This document shows positions 24,658 through 32,916 of a DNA stretch of 40,885 nt, piece after piece. The stretch covers positions 1 to 40,885 of the forward strand of contig DAIOFZ010000003.1 of NCBI GenBank assembly GCA_036745475.1, in the 5' to 3' direction. How positions within the stretch are numbered: position 1 is the stretch's first letter; each line of letters begins with the position of its first letter. A program made the translations under genes and the position numbers. This stretch comes from Actinomycetota bacterium. GTDB lineage: Bacteria; Actinomycetota; UBA4738; HRBIN12. Under the pieces are notes generated by a model. The model ran no database searches, was not told the DNA's origin, and saw only the letters and a program-made list of their open reading frames with translations.

Positions 24658-25301
24658 CCGAGCGGATCCTGTACCTGGTCCGCCACGGCGAATCCGACTT
24701 CGACTCCACTCGAACGACGCCGAGCCCTCGTGGCGAGCAATGGGACCCGCCGCTGGGCGAACGCGGGCGGGAGCAGGCGGCGTTGCTCGCCGGCCGGCTG
24801 CGCGCCATGCCCGAGCCCGCGGTCGTCGCCTGCTCGCCCCTGCTCCGGGCGCGCGAGACCGCGTCGGCGTACGCGGAGCCCGCCGGGATCGAAGTGCGCG
24901 TCGAGGACGACCTCGCCGAGGCCCACCTGGGCGAGTGGGAGGGCAAGTCGTTCGAGGAGATCCTCTCGACGGACGAGCAGATGCTGCACCGGGTCCGCAA
25001 CCAGGAACCGATCTGGCGTCACGCCCCGTTCGTCGAGGAGCTCGGGCCGTTCCGGGCGCGCGTCCACGCCGTCGTCGAACGGCTGCTGGCGGCCCACCCG
25101 GACGGCAATCTCCTCGTGTTCTGCCACGGCGGGGTGATCAACGCCTACATCGCGCCGCTGCTCGGCGTGGAGCACGAGATGTTCTTCGTGCCGGAGAACA
25201 CGTCGCTCAACTCCGTCGTCGTCGAGGGGGACCGGCAGCGGGTCAGGTTCCTCAACGACGCGCTCCACCTGACCGATCCCCACTTGTTCGCGGACGCCTG
25301 A
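24654..25301 (+). CDS. Histidine phosphatase (phosphoglycerate mutase) family protein
   Basis: VTERILYLVRHGES (RHG motif), SPLLRARETA and CHGGVI. It forms the C-terminal part of track ORF 22878..25301. Confidence 0.8.
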   Translation: MTERILYLVRHGESDFDSTRTTPSPRGEQWDPPLGERGREQAALLAGRLRAMPEPAVVACSPLLRARETASAYAEPAGIEVRVEDDLAEAHLGEWEGKSFEEILSTDEQMLHRVRNQEPIWRHAPFVEELGPFRARVHAVVERLLAAHPDGNLLVFCHGGVINAYIAPLLGVEHEMFFVPENTSLNSVVVEGDRQRVRFLNDALHLTDPHLFADA

Positions 25302-25364
25302 GGCCCTCGAGCCCTAGACTCCGCGTCGGTCGCAGCCCCGACCGCAGCCGAACAGGAGGTCGAC

Positions 25365-25748
25365 ATGCCCGTCCAGTTCCTTTCGCCCGAGTGGACCCAG
25401 GAGCTCGAGAAGCGCCTGAACGCGAGCGACGCGTTCCGGGCCGCGGCGGCCGCCGCGAACGTGACGATCCAGAACGTGATCGAGACCCCGGACGGCGCCA
25501 AGCGCTACTGGATGCGGTTCGAGGGGGGGTCGGTCACGCTCGAGGCCGGCGATGCGGAGAAGGCGGACGCCACGATCGAACAGGACTACGACACGGCGGT
25601 CGCGCTCGCCAAGAGCGAGCTCAACCCCGTCTCGGCGTTCATGACCGGGAAGATCCGCATCAACGGCAGCATGATGCTCCTGATGCAGCTCCAGGGGGCG
25701 TTGTCCGAGCTCGCCAAGGAGATGCAGGAGATCGACGTCGACTACTGA
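25365..25748 (+). CDS. SCP2 sterol-carrier-like domain protein
   Basis: 127 aa: ...PEWTQELEKRLNASDAFRAAA...AFMTGKIRINGSMMLLMQL. AGGAGG SD lies upstream. Confidence 0.75.
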   Translation: MPVQFLSPEWTQELEKRLNASDAFRAAAAAANVTIQNVIETPDGAKRYWMRFEGGSVTLEAGDAEKADATIEQDYDTAVALAKSELNPVSAFMTGKIRINGSMMLLMQLQGALSELAKEMQEIDVDY

Positions 25749-25914
25749 AGAAGGCTCGCTTTCCGCCGTCCGTCAAGTGCGCACCCATCCGATCGCATGC
25801 CCCCGGACGTACCTGGAGTGGGCGCGCAGCCTCGTTTGACGGGTTCGACCCGGCGAGCGGAGAATCTACGGCCGTGTCCCGCGTTCGGGGCACCATCGGA
25901 TGGGAGGGGGAAGG

Positions 25915-27021
25915 ATGCGCTCATGGCGAGCGAAGGCGCTGGTGCTCATCGGCGTACTGTCCCTCGTCGCTGCGGCGTGCGGCGACGACGACGGCGGTGA
26001 GACCGGCGGGACCGGGGGGACCGGAGGCACCGGTGCCGCCGAATGCAACGCGGACATCCAGGTCGGGATGGCGTTCGACATCGGCGGTCTCGGCGACAAG
26101 TCGTTCAACGACTCCGCGAACGCCGGTTTGCAGCAGGCGATCGCCGACGGCTTGGTCTGTGAGGACAACGTCGTGACGAACGAGGCGAACTCCACCGGGT
26201 CCGACCGCGACCAGAACCTGCAGGCGCTGGCCGACGCCGGATTCAACCTCGTGATCGGTGTGGGGTTCGCGTTCTCACCCGGGGTCAACACGATCGCCCC
26301 GGACTATCCCGACCAGAGCTTCATGATCGTTGACGGATACGCGACCTGTGGCACCGACTGCGGGCTGACGAACGACGCCAAGCAGATCCCGAACGTGGCC
26401 GACTACACGTTCAAGGAACAGGAGGGTTCCTTCCTGGTCGGCGCGGCGGCGGTGCTCAAGTGCCAGTGCAAGACGATCGGGTTTCTCGGCGGCCAGACCG
26501 GGCCGCTGATCGAGAAGTTCCAGGCGGGCTACGAGGCCGGGGCGCACCAGATCGACCCCGACGTCGAGGTGCTCGTCGAGTACATCGGCGACGACACGAC
26601 GGCGTTCAACGACCCGGTCAAGGGCGAGCAGCTCTCGACGAAGATGTACGACGAGGGCGCGGAGATCATCTACCACGCTGCCGGCGCATCCGGAGCCGGC
26701 CTGTTCAACGCCGCGGTCGAGGCGCAGAAGCTCGCGATCGGCGTCGACTCCGACCAGTACCTGACGGCCAGTCCCGAGCAGCAGCCGCTGATCCTCACCT
26801 CGATGCTGAAGCGCGTCGACGTCGCGGTCTACAACGCGATCGAGGCCGTCGGCGAAGGTTCGTTGGGGGGCAGCCAGGTCTTCGGCATGGCGGAGGACGG
26901 GGTCGACTACGCGACCTCGAACCCGGAGGAGCTCACGTCCGACATCACCGAACAGCTGGACGCGTTCAAGCAGCAGATCATCGACGGAACGATCGTCGTG
27001 CCGGACACCCCGGGCGGCTAG
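25915..27021 (+). CDS. BMP-family (Med/PnrA-like) ABC transporter substrate-binding lipoprotein
   Basis: MRSWRAKALVLIGVLSLVAAAC GDDD is a signal peptide with a lipobox Cys. Also DKSFND and GVDSDQ motifs. GGGAGGGGGAAGG SD lies before ATG 25915. Confidence 0.85.
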   Translation: MRSWRAKALVLIGVLSLVAAACGDDDGGETGGTGGTGGTGAAECNADIQVGMAFDIGGLGDKSFNDSANAGLQQAIADGLVCEDNVVTNEANSTGSDRDQNLQALADAGFNLVIGVGFAFSPGVNTIAPDYPDQSFMIVDGYATCGTDCGLTNDAKQIPNVADYTFKEQEGSFLVGAAAVLKCQCKTIGFLGGQTGPLIEKFQAGYEAGAHQIDPDVEVLVEYIGDDTTAFNDPVKGEQLSTKMYDEGAEIIYHAAGASGAGLFNAAVEAQKLAIGVDSDQYLTASPEQQPLILTSMLKRVDVAVYNAIEAVGEGSLGGSQVFGMAEDGVDYATSNPEELTSDITEQLDAFKQQIIDGTIVVPDTPGG

Positions 27022-27042
27022 TCCCGGGAGACGGCGAACACC

Positions 27043-28575
27043 GTGACGAACGGCGAAGGGGCGGGGGGCGGCGGCTCCCCGCCCCTCGTCGTGCTCGAAC
27101 GCATCACGAAGCGGTTCCCCGGCGTCGTGGCCAACGACGGGGTCGATCTCGAGCTCCGAGGCGGCGAGGTCCACGCGCTGATCGGAGAGAACGGGGCCGG
27201 CAAGTCCACGTTGATGCGGGTGCTCTACGGCATGTACCCGGCCGACGGCGGCAGGATCCTCGTCCGGGGCGAGGTGGCCAGGATCGGCTCGCCGCGCGAC
27301 GCGATCGCCCTGGGGATCGGGATGGTGCATCAGCACTTCGTGCTCGTCGATCCGTTCACCGTCACCGAGAACATCATCCTCGGCGAGGAGGGCGGGGCGC
27401 TGCTCGACATCGATGCAGCGCGGCAACGTGTGGCGGAGCTCGCCGAGTCCTACGCCTTCAGCGTGGACCCGCGAGCGGTCGTCGAGGACCTCTCGGTCGG
27501 TGAGGAACAGCGCGTCGAGATCTTGAAGGCGCTGTACCGCGGCGCGGAGATCCTCATCCTCGACGAGCCGACGGCGGTTCTCACGCCGAACGAGACGAAG
27601 GACCTGTTCGGCAACCTGCGGAAGCTCCGCGAGGCGGGGCGGACGATCGTGTTCATCAGCCACAAGCTGGACGAGGTGCTCGAGATCGCCGATCGGATCA
27701 CGGTGCTCCGCCGAGGGCGCGTCGTCGGCGAGACACGACCGGCCGACACCTCCAAGGCCAAGCTCGCCGAGATGATGGTCGGCCGGCCAGTGCTCTTTCG
27801 GCTCGACAAGCCGCAGGTCGAGATCGGCGAACCCGTTCTCCGCGTGGACGGACTCGCCGGCGAGGGGAAGCTGAACGGGATCGATCTCGAGGTGCGTGCG
27901 GGCGAGATCCTCGGCGTCGCGGGCGTCGAGGGCAACGGCCAGCGTGAGCTCGCCGAGACCCTCTTCGGGCTGCGGACACGGGCGTCGGGCACGATCGAGC
28001 TCGAGGGCTCATCGATCACCGGTCGTTCGGTGGGGGACATCCGGAACGCCGGGGTCGGGTACATCCCGGAGGACCGTCACGAGCAGGGGCTCGTGCTGAA
28101 CATGACGCTCTGGGAGAACGCGGCCCTGGGCCGCCAGGACGACGAGGAATTTTCGAGCGGCCTCGGCGTGCTCTTCATCAAGAGGATCAAGGCGCTCGCC
28201 GTCCGCCTGGTACAGCTCTTCGACATCCGCACGCGGAGCGTCGACGTCAACGCCTCAACGTTGTCGGGCGGCAACCAGCAGAAGCTGATCCTCGCGCGGG
28301 AGCTCGAGACCGACCCGAAGCTCATGATCGCCGCTCAGCCGACCCGTGGCCTCGATGTCGGGGCGATCGAGTTCGTCTGGAGGCAGATCCTCGACCAGAA
28401 GGCTGCCGGCCGAGCAATCCTGCTGATCTCGGCCGAGCTCGACGAGATCTACGCGCTCTCGGACCGGATCGTCACGCTCTACGAGGGCAAGATCACCGGC
28501 GAGTTCGCACCCGACTCCCCGCCGGAGGAGATCGGCGTGGGGATGCTCGGCGGGACCAAGGAGCCGGTGGCGTAG
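27043..28575 (+). CDS. ABC transporter ATP-binding protein with duplicated NBD (sugar/nucleoside type)
   Basis: 510 aa with Walker A GENGAGKST, signatures LSVGEEQR and LSGGNQQK, and Walker B ILILDEPT. Confidence 0.9.
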   Translation: MTNGEGAGGGGSPPLVVLERITKRFPGVVANDGVDLELRGGEVHALIGENGAGKSTLMRVLYGMYPADGGRILVRGEVARIGSPRDAIALGIGMVHQHFVLVDPFTVTENIILGEEGGALLDIDAARQRVAELAESYAFSVDPRAVVEDLSVGEEQRVEILKALYRGAEILILDEPTAVLTPNETKDLFGNLRKLREAGRTIVFISHKLDEVLEIADRITVLRRGRVVGETRPADTSKAKLAEMMVGRPVLFRLDKPQVEIGEPVLRVDGLAGEGKLNGIDLEVRAGEILGVAGVEGNGQRELAETLFGLRTRASGTIELEGSSITGRSVGDIRNAGVGYIPEDRHEQGLVLNMTLWENAALGRQDDEEFSSGLGVLFIKRIKALAVRLVQLFDIRTRSVDVNASTLSGGNQQKLILARELETDPKLMIAAQPTRGLDVGAIEFVWRQILDQKAAGRAILLISAELDEIYALSDRIVTLYEGKITGEFAPDSPPEEIGVGMLGGTKEPVA

Positions 28576-29817
28576 ATGGCCACCGAGGGTCTCGCGCCGC
28601 CCGTGTCCGCCATGCGATCGCGCCCGGCCTGGCTCGAGGGTCTCGTCGGGCAACTGGTGGCCCTGCTCGCCTCCCTCGGCATCGCGCTTCTCGCCGGCTC
28701 GCTCCTGATCATCGCGTACGGAGAGAGTCCGGTCACGGTGTACTCGTCGATCCTGCAGTACTCGGTGGAATCGGCGGACGGGATCGGCTACGTGCTCGCG
28801 ATCGCCACGCCGCTGATCTTCTCTGCGCTCGCGGTGGCCGTCTGCTTCAAGGGCGGCATGTTCAACATCGGGGTGGAGGGCCAGTACCTCGTCGCGATGG
28901 TCACGGCCGCCTGGGCCGAGATCGAGCTTGGATTCCTGCCGGGGCCGATCCTGGTGGTCGTGGTCCTGATCGCGGCGATGCTCGGCGGGATGATCTGGGC
29001 CGCGATCCCGGCGATCCTCAAGGTGAAGACGGGTGCTCACGAGGTCGTGACCACGATCATGCTGAACGGCATCGCGATCAGCCTCTTGGCGTGGGCGATC
29101 AACTTCCCCCTCAAGTTCTCGAACGCGCCGCCGGGACAGAACGTCGATCTGCGGACCGATCAGTTCCCGGAGGGTGGACTCATCGGTGACATCGGCCACT
29201 ACTTCGGCGTGACGCCGGGCGCCCACCTCTCATGGCTCTTCTTCTTGGCGGTCGGCGCCGCGATCGTCGTGTGGTTCCTGATTCGTAGGACACGGCTGGG
29301 GTACGAGGCTCGCGCCGTGGGCTCCTCGCCGGGATCGGCGAAGGCCGGTGGGGTCTCGATCGGGTCGATCCAGATCCGGCTCTTCCTCATCTCGGGCGCG
29401 CTGGCCGGGTTGGTGGGGATGCAGCAGATCTTGGCCGACCGCGGGTATCTTCCCCAGAATTACGTCGTCTTTCTCGGGTTCACCGGTATCGCGGTCGCGT
29501 TCCTCGGTCAGAACAACCCGATCGGGATCGTCTTCGCGGCGATCCTGTGGGGGATCCTGTCGCGAGGTGAGGTGGCGCTGCAGATCGAGAGCGAGGTGCC
29601 GCGCGAGTTCATCATCCTCCTGCAGGGCATCCTGATCCTGACGGTAGTGATCACCTATCAGTTCGCGAAGCGTCGGCTGGCGGCCCGGCAGCTCCAACGT
29701 GCGGGCGCGGCGGGCGAGCTCGAGGACTCGGCAGGTTCGGACGAAGACGCCGGTCCACGAGGGCCCGAGCTCGCCGGTCGGGAAGCGTTCGAGCGCGCCG
29801 GAGAGGGCGGCGTCTGA
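28576..29817 (+). CDS. ABC transporter permease (BPD_transp_2 type)
   Basis: 413-aa multi-TM ORF that starts immediately after the ATPase stop. It has an acidic, soluble C-terminal tail. Confidence 0.85.
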   Translation: MATEGLAPPVSAMRSRPAWLEGLVGQLVALLASLGIALLAGSLLIIAYGESPVTVYSSILQYSVESADGIGYVLAIATPLIFSALAVAVCFKGGMFNIGVEGQYLVAMVTAAWAEIELGFLPGPILVVVVLIAAMLGGMIWAAIPAILKVKTGAHEVVTTIMLNGIAISLLAWAINFPLKFSNAPPGQNVDLRTDQFPEGGLIGDIGHYFGVTPGAHLSWLFFLAVGAAIVVWFLIRRTRLGYEARAVGSSPGSAKAGGVSIGSIQIRLFLISGALAGLVGMQQILADRGYLPQNYVVFLGFTGIAVAFLGQNNPIGIVFAAILWGILSRGEVALQIESEVPREFIILLQGILILTVVITYQFAKRRLAARQLQRAGAAGELEDSAGSDEDAGPRGPELAGREAFERAGEGGV

Positions 29818-30791
29818 TGCCATTCACGGACATCGCCGTCGCGCTCCAGATCTCGTTCACCTACTTCACGATCCTGTATCTCACGGGGCTCGGCGGGTTG
29901 TTCAGCGAGCGTTCGGGCATCGTGAACATCGGCCTCGAAGGACTGATGATCATCGGAACGGTCACGGGCGCGTTCGGAGCACGGTTCTTCACCGACACGA
30001 TCGACCTGGGTACACCGTGGGGTCCGATCCTCGGACTGCTGTTCGGCGCGCTGTGCGGGGCGATCTTCGCGAGCATCCACGCGGTCGCGACGATCACGTT
30101 CCGCGTCGATCACATCGTGTCGGGCGTGGTCATCAACCTCGTCGCGGTGGGGCTCGCGCGGTTCCTCTCGTACGCGTTCTTCAACGGCCAATCCACGCAA
30201 TCCGACCCCGGCGGCCCCCATCTCGCGAGGCTGGACATCCCCTTCCTGTCCTCGTTACCGGGGGGTCTGGATCGCGCGTTCCAGTCGCTCTCGCCGATGG
30301 TCCTGGTGGCGGCGTTCATGGTCGTGCCCGTCTGGTACGCGCTGAACCGCCTTCGCTGGGGGCTGCGACTGCGTTCGTGCGGCGAGAACCCGGAGGCGAC
30401 CCGCTCGCTCGGCGTCAGCGTCCCGCAGTACCGCTACCAGGGCGTGTTGCTGTCGGGCGCGTTCGCGGGGCTGTCGGGCGCGTTTCTGGCCGCGGAGGTG
30501 ATCGGGAACTGGCGGGAGGGCCAGACGCTCGGTCTGGGGTTCATCGCGCTCGCCGCGCTGATCCTGTCGAACTGGAACCCGATCCGGTTGATGTTCTTCG
30601 CCTGGCTGTTCGGGTTCGCCGTCGCGATCCCGCTCCGGCTGAACGACGCGCCGGTCATCTCGGCGCTCCCGCCCCAGTTCATCCGGATGATCCCGTACAT
30701 CGTCACGATCGTGGCGATCGCCGGATTCGTCGGGCGGGTGCGGCCCCCCGCCGCGGCCGGCAAGGCCTACGAAGGCGGTGGCGGGACGTAG
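29817..30791 (+). CDS. ABC transporter permease (second subunit)
   Basis: 324-aa multi-TM ORF. ATG shares one nt with the upstream stop (TGATG). Confidence 0.85.
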   Translation: MPFTDIAVALQISFTYFTILYLTGLGGLFSERSGIVNIGLEGLMIIGTVTGAFGARFFTDTIDLGTPWGPILGLLFGALCGAIFASIHAVATITFRVDHIVSGVVINLVAVGLARFLSYAFFNGQSTQSDPGGPHLARLDIPFLSSLPGGLDRAFQSLSPMVLVAAFMVVPVWYALNRLRWGLRLRSCGENPEATRSLGVSVPQYRYQGVLLSGAFAGLSGAFLAAEVIGNWREGQTLGLGFIALAALILSNWNPIRLMFFAWLFGFAVAIPLRLNDAPVISALPPQFIRMIPYIVTIVAIAGFVGRVRPPAAAGKAYEGGGGT

Positions 30792-30810
30792 TCCGGCTAC
30801 GGGCCGAGCG

Positions 30811-31428
30811 TCACTCGGTCCCGAACAATCGGTCCCCGAAGTCGCCGAGACCGGGCACGATGTAGCCGCGCTCGTTCAGCTGGCGGTCGATCGCCGCGGT
30901 GAAGATCGGGACGTCCGGATGGTCGGCCTCCATCCGCCGGATCCCCTCGGGGGCGGAGACGACGCAGACGAAGCGGATCGACCCGGGCCTGCCCTCCTTC
31001 ACTGCGGACGTCGCCGCCGAACCCGAGCCGCCCGTGGCGAGCATCGGGTCGAGCACCAGGACGTGTCGGCCCTGCACCGGGGGGAGCTTGCGGTAGTACG
31101 ACTGCGCCTCGAGCGAGGCCTCGTCGCGTTCCAGACCGATGTAGCCGACGGCGACCTCGGGGAACAGCTCGGTCACCGCCTCCAGCATCCCGAGCCCCGC
31201 GCGGAGGATCGGCACTGCGACGAGGTCGCCGAGCACACGTCCGGTCGTCTCCTCGAGCGGGGTCCGCACGACGATCTCCGTCGTCGGCAGATCGCGGATC
31301 GCCTCGAGCGCGAGGGTCAGGGCCAGGCGCTTGGCCAGCGTTCGGAACACCGGCGGCGCCGTCTCCTGCGAGCGGAGCTGCGCCAGGAGATGGCCCGCGA
31401 GCGCGTGATCCACGACGGTCACGGACAC
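30811..31428 (-). CDS. upp: Uracil phosphoribosyltransferase
   Basis: 205 aa with PRPP loop VLVLDPMLATGGS and C-terminal GYIVPGLGDFGDRLFGT. Confidence 0.9.
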   Translation of the reverse strand: MSVTVVDHALAGHLLAQLRSQETAPPVFRTLAKRLALTLALEAIRDLPTTEIVVRTPLEETTGRVLGDLVAVPILRAGLGMLEAVTELFPEVAVGYIGLERDEASLEAQSYYRKLPPVQGRHVLVLDPMLATGGSGSAATSAVKEGRPGSIRFVCVVSAPEGIRRMEADHPDVPIFTAAIDRQLNERGYIVPGLGDFGDRLFGTE

Positions 31429-31434
31429 GCGCGC

Positions 31435-31440
31435 ATCCTA
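31435..31440 (-). promoter_or_regulatory. -10-like TAGGAT (minus strand) 6 nt upstream of upp GTG 31428 (leaderless-type)
   Basis: The minus strand reads ggTAGGATgcgcgcGTG, with no SD. Confidence 0.4.
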
Positions 31441-31530
31441 CCGGGAGCGGGCGAGGCCCGGACCACGGCGGACGCCGTCGTCGATCGGCAGGTTGCCAGA
31501 CCAGGGCCGGGCTGCCACGATGGCCGCCTG

Positions 31531-31581
31531 ATGCGGGAGACCTTCGGTTCCTGGTTCTATGGCGGGCGGTGCCCGGCCTAG
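31531..31581 (+). CDS. Candidate leader peptide MRETFGSWFYGGRCPA (aromatic-codon-rich)
   Basis: 16 codons plus TAG. It has consecutive TGG-TTC-TAT (W-F-Y) and an earlier TTC, and lies 113 nt upstream of DAHP synthase. There is no SD. A possible promoter TTGCCA-N17-CACGAT ends 9 nt before the ATG. Confidence 0.4.
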   Translation: MRETFGSWFYGGRCPA

Positions 31582-31605
31582 TCGCCTGAACCGAAGGCAA
31601 CAGGG

Positions 31606-31637
31606 ACCCCGGGCCGGGAGCCCGGGGTTTCGTCGTT
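31606..31637 (+). terminator. Terminator-like hairpin (attenuator candidate) in the DAHP synthase leader
   Basis: ACCCCGGGC (31606-14), loop CGGGA, GCCCGGGGT (31620-28). This 9-bp GC stem is followed by TTCGTCGTT. Confidence 0.4.
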
Positions 31638-31693
31638 CCCGAGGCCGTTGCAGCGGACGCGACGAGGGACGACGAGGGAGCTGGAGGAACGCG

Positions 31694-32719
31694 ATGGTCG
31701 TGGTCATGAAGCGCGAGGCCACCGAGGCCGACATCGAGCAGGTCTCCGAACGCGTCCGCGCCGCCGGAGGCGAGGCGTTCGTCTCGCGCGGCGCGGTCCA
31801 CACGATCGTCGGCCTCGTCGGCGACACCGAGCGGTTCCGGGCGATCCCCTGGGGGCAGCTCCCCGGCGTCGATCACGTGATCCAGGTCGGCAAGCCGTAC
31901 AAGATGGTCGCCGCCGATCTGCACCCCACCCCGACGACCGTGAACGTCGGCACGACGCCGGTCGGTCGTGGCACGTTCACCCTGATCGCCGGGCCGTGCG
32001 CGGTCGAGAGCGAGGAGCAGGCGATGCTCGCGACCAAGGCCGCCCGGGCCGCGGGCGCGACGATCCTGCGCGGCGACGTGTACAAGCCGCGGACGTCGCC
32101 CTACTCGTTCCAGGGGCTCGGCGAACGGGGGCTCGAGGTCCTGGAGGAGTGCCGGCGTCAGACCGGGCTACCGATCGTCGTAGAGGTCGTCGACGTCTCG
32201 CAGGTTGAGCACGTCGCGGGGGTTGCCGACTGCATCCGCGTAGGTACGCGGAACGCCCAGAACTTCGAGCTCCTGAAGGAGGTCGGGCTGTCCCGGCGGC
32301 CCGTGATGCTGAAGCGGGGCCTTGCGATGACGATCGAGGAGTGGCTCCAGGCCGCCGAGTACATCGCGCAACGCGGGAACTCCGAGATCATCCTGTGCGA
32401 GCGCGGGATCCGGACGTTCGAGCCCGCGACACGGAATACGCTCGACCTCGCGGGGATGGCGGTCGCGCAGACCGAGTCCCACCTGCCCGTGATCGTCGAC
32501 CCGTCGCACGCGGTCGGCAAGCGCCAGCTCGTCGCGCCGATGTCGCGTGCGGCGCTCGCGGCGGGAGCGGACGCGGTGATGATCGACGTGCACCCCGATC
32601 CCGAGAGCGCCCTGTGCGACGGCCCACAGGCGCTCACCCCCGACGAGATGCTCGAACTCGGTCGCGAGCTCGAACAGCTCGCCGCGGCGCTCGGCCGGCC
32701 GTTCAACCACGCCGAGTAG
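31694..32719 (+). CDS. aroF: 3-deoxy-7-phosphoheptulonate (DAHP) synthase, class I-beta with N-terminal ferredoxin-like/ACT-like regulatory domain
   Basis: MVVVMKREATEADIEQVSERV... is the N-terminal regulatory domain. It is followed by GPCAVES, KPRTSPYSFQG and IVDPSH. GGAGGAA SD lies 5 nt before ATG 31694. The track ORF starts at 31559. Confidence 0.9.
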   Translation: MVVVMKREATEADIEQVSERVRAAGGEAFVSRGAVHTIVGLVGDTERFRAIPWGQLPGVDHVIQVGKPYKMVAADLHPTPTTVNVGTTPVGRGTFTLIAGPCAVESEEQAMLATKAARAAGATILRGDVYKPRTSPYSFQGLGERGLEVLEECRRQTGLPIVVEVVDVSQVEHVAGVADCIRVGTRNAQNFELLKEVGLSRRPVMLKRGLAMTIEEWLQAAEYIAQRGNSEIILCERGIRTFEPATRNTLDLAGMAVAQTESHLPVIVDPSHAVGKRQLVAPMSRAALAAGADAVMIDVHPDPESALCDGPQALTPDEMLELGRELEQLAAALGRPFNHAE

Positions 32720-32916
32720 CGCTCGGGAGCCTTCCCCCGGGCCCGACCCCGGAGGTTCATCGGGCGTTCCGGAAGCGCGACGGCCATCAAAGATGGGCTC
32801 TTCGATGCCGCGTTCGAGGACGTCGCGCTGCCGGGCTCGACGAGCCTGCTCGATGGTGCGGGTCGCTACTGGAACAGGCCGAGGAGCTCGCGGCCGGCGA
32901 GTAGGCGGGCTCGCCC

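Noticed and set aside
25841-25851. GGGTTCGACCC, a tRNA T-arm-like sequence in the SCP2/BMP spacer.
   Set aside because: The loop is only 5 nt, and there is no acceptor, D or anticodon arm around it. It is not a tRNA.
25749-25914. Possible riboswitch upstream of the nucleoside-type ABC transporter.
   Set aside because: I could not recognise any conserved riboswitch core (purine, ZTP, preQ1 and others). The predicted UTR is only ~40 nt if the TTGACG-N18-GAGAAT promoter is real. An Rfam scan would be needed.
31520-31531. Mini-ORF ATG GCC GCC TGA, whose stop overlaps the leader-peptide ATG.
   Set aside because: It has only three codons and overlaps the putative -10 hexamer, so it would lie upstream of the TSS if that promoter is real. 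It is probably coincidental.
32720-32916. 197-nt convergent spacer after aroF containing protein-like stretches (for example ...IKDGLFDAAFEDVALPGSTSLLDGAGRYW).
   Set aside because: There is no start codon in that frame and the flanking sequence degenerates into Arg-rich text. No strong terminator hairpin was found either. It could be a decayed gene fragment, but that is unsupported.
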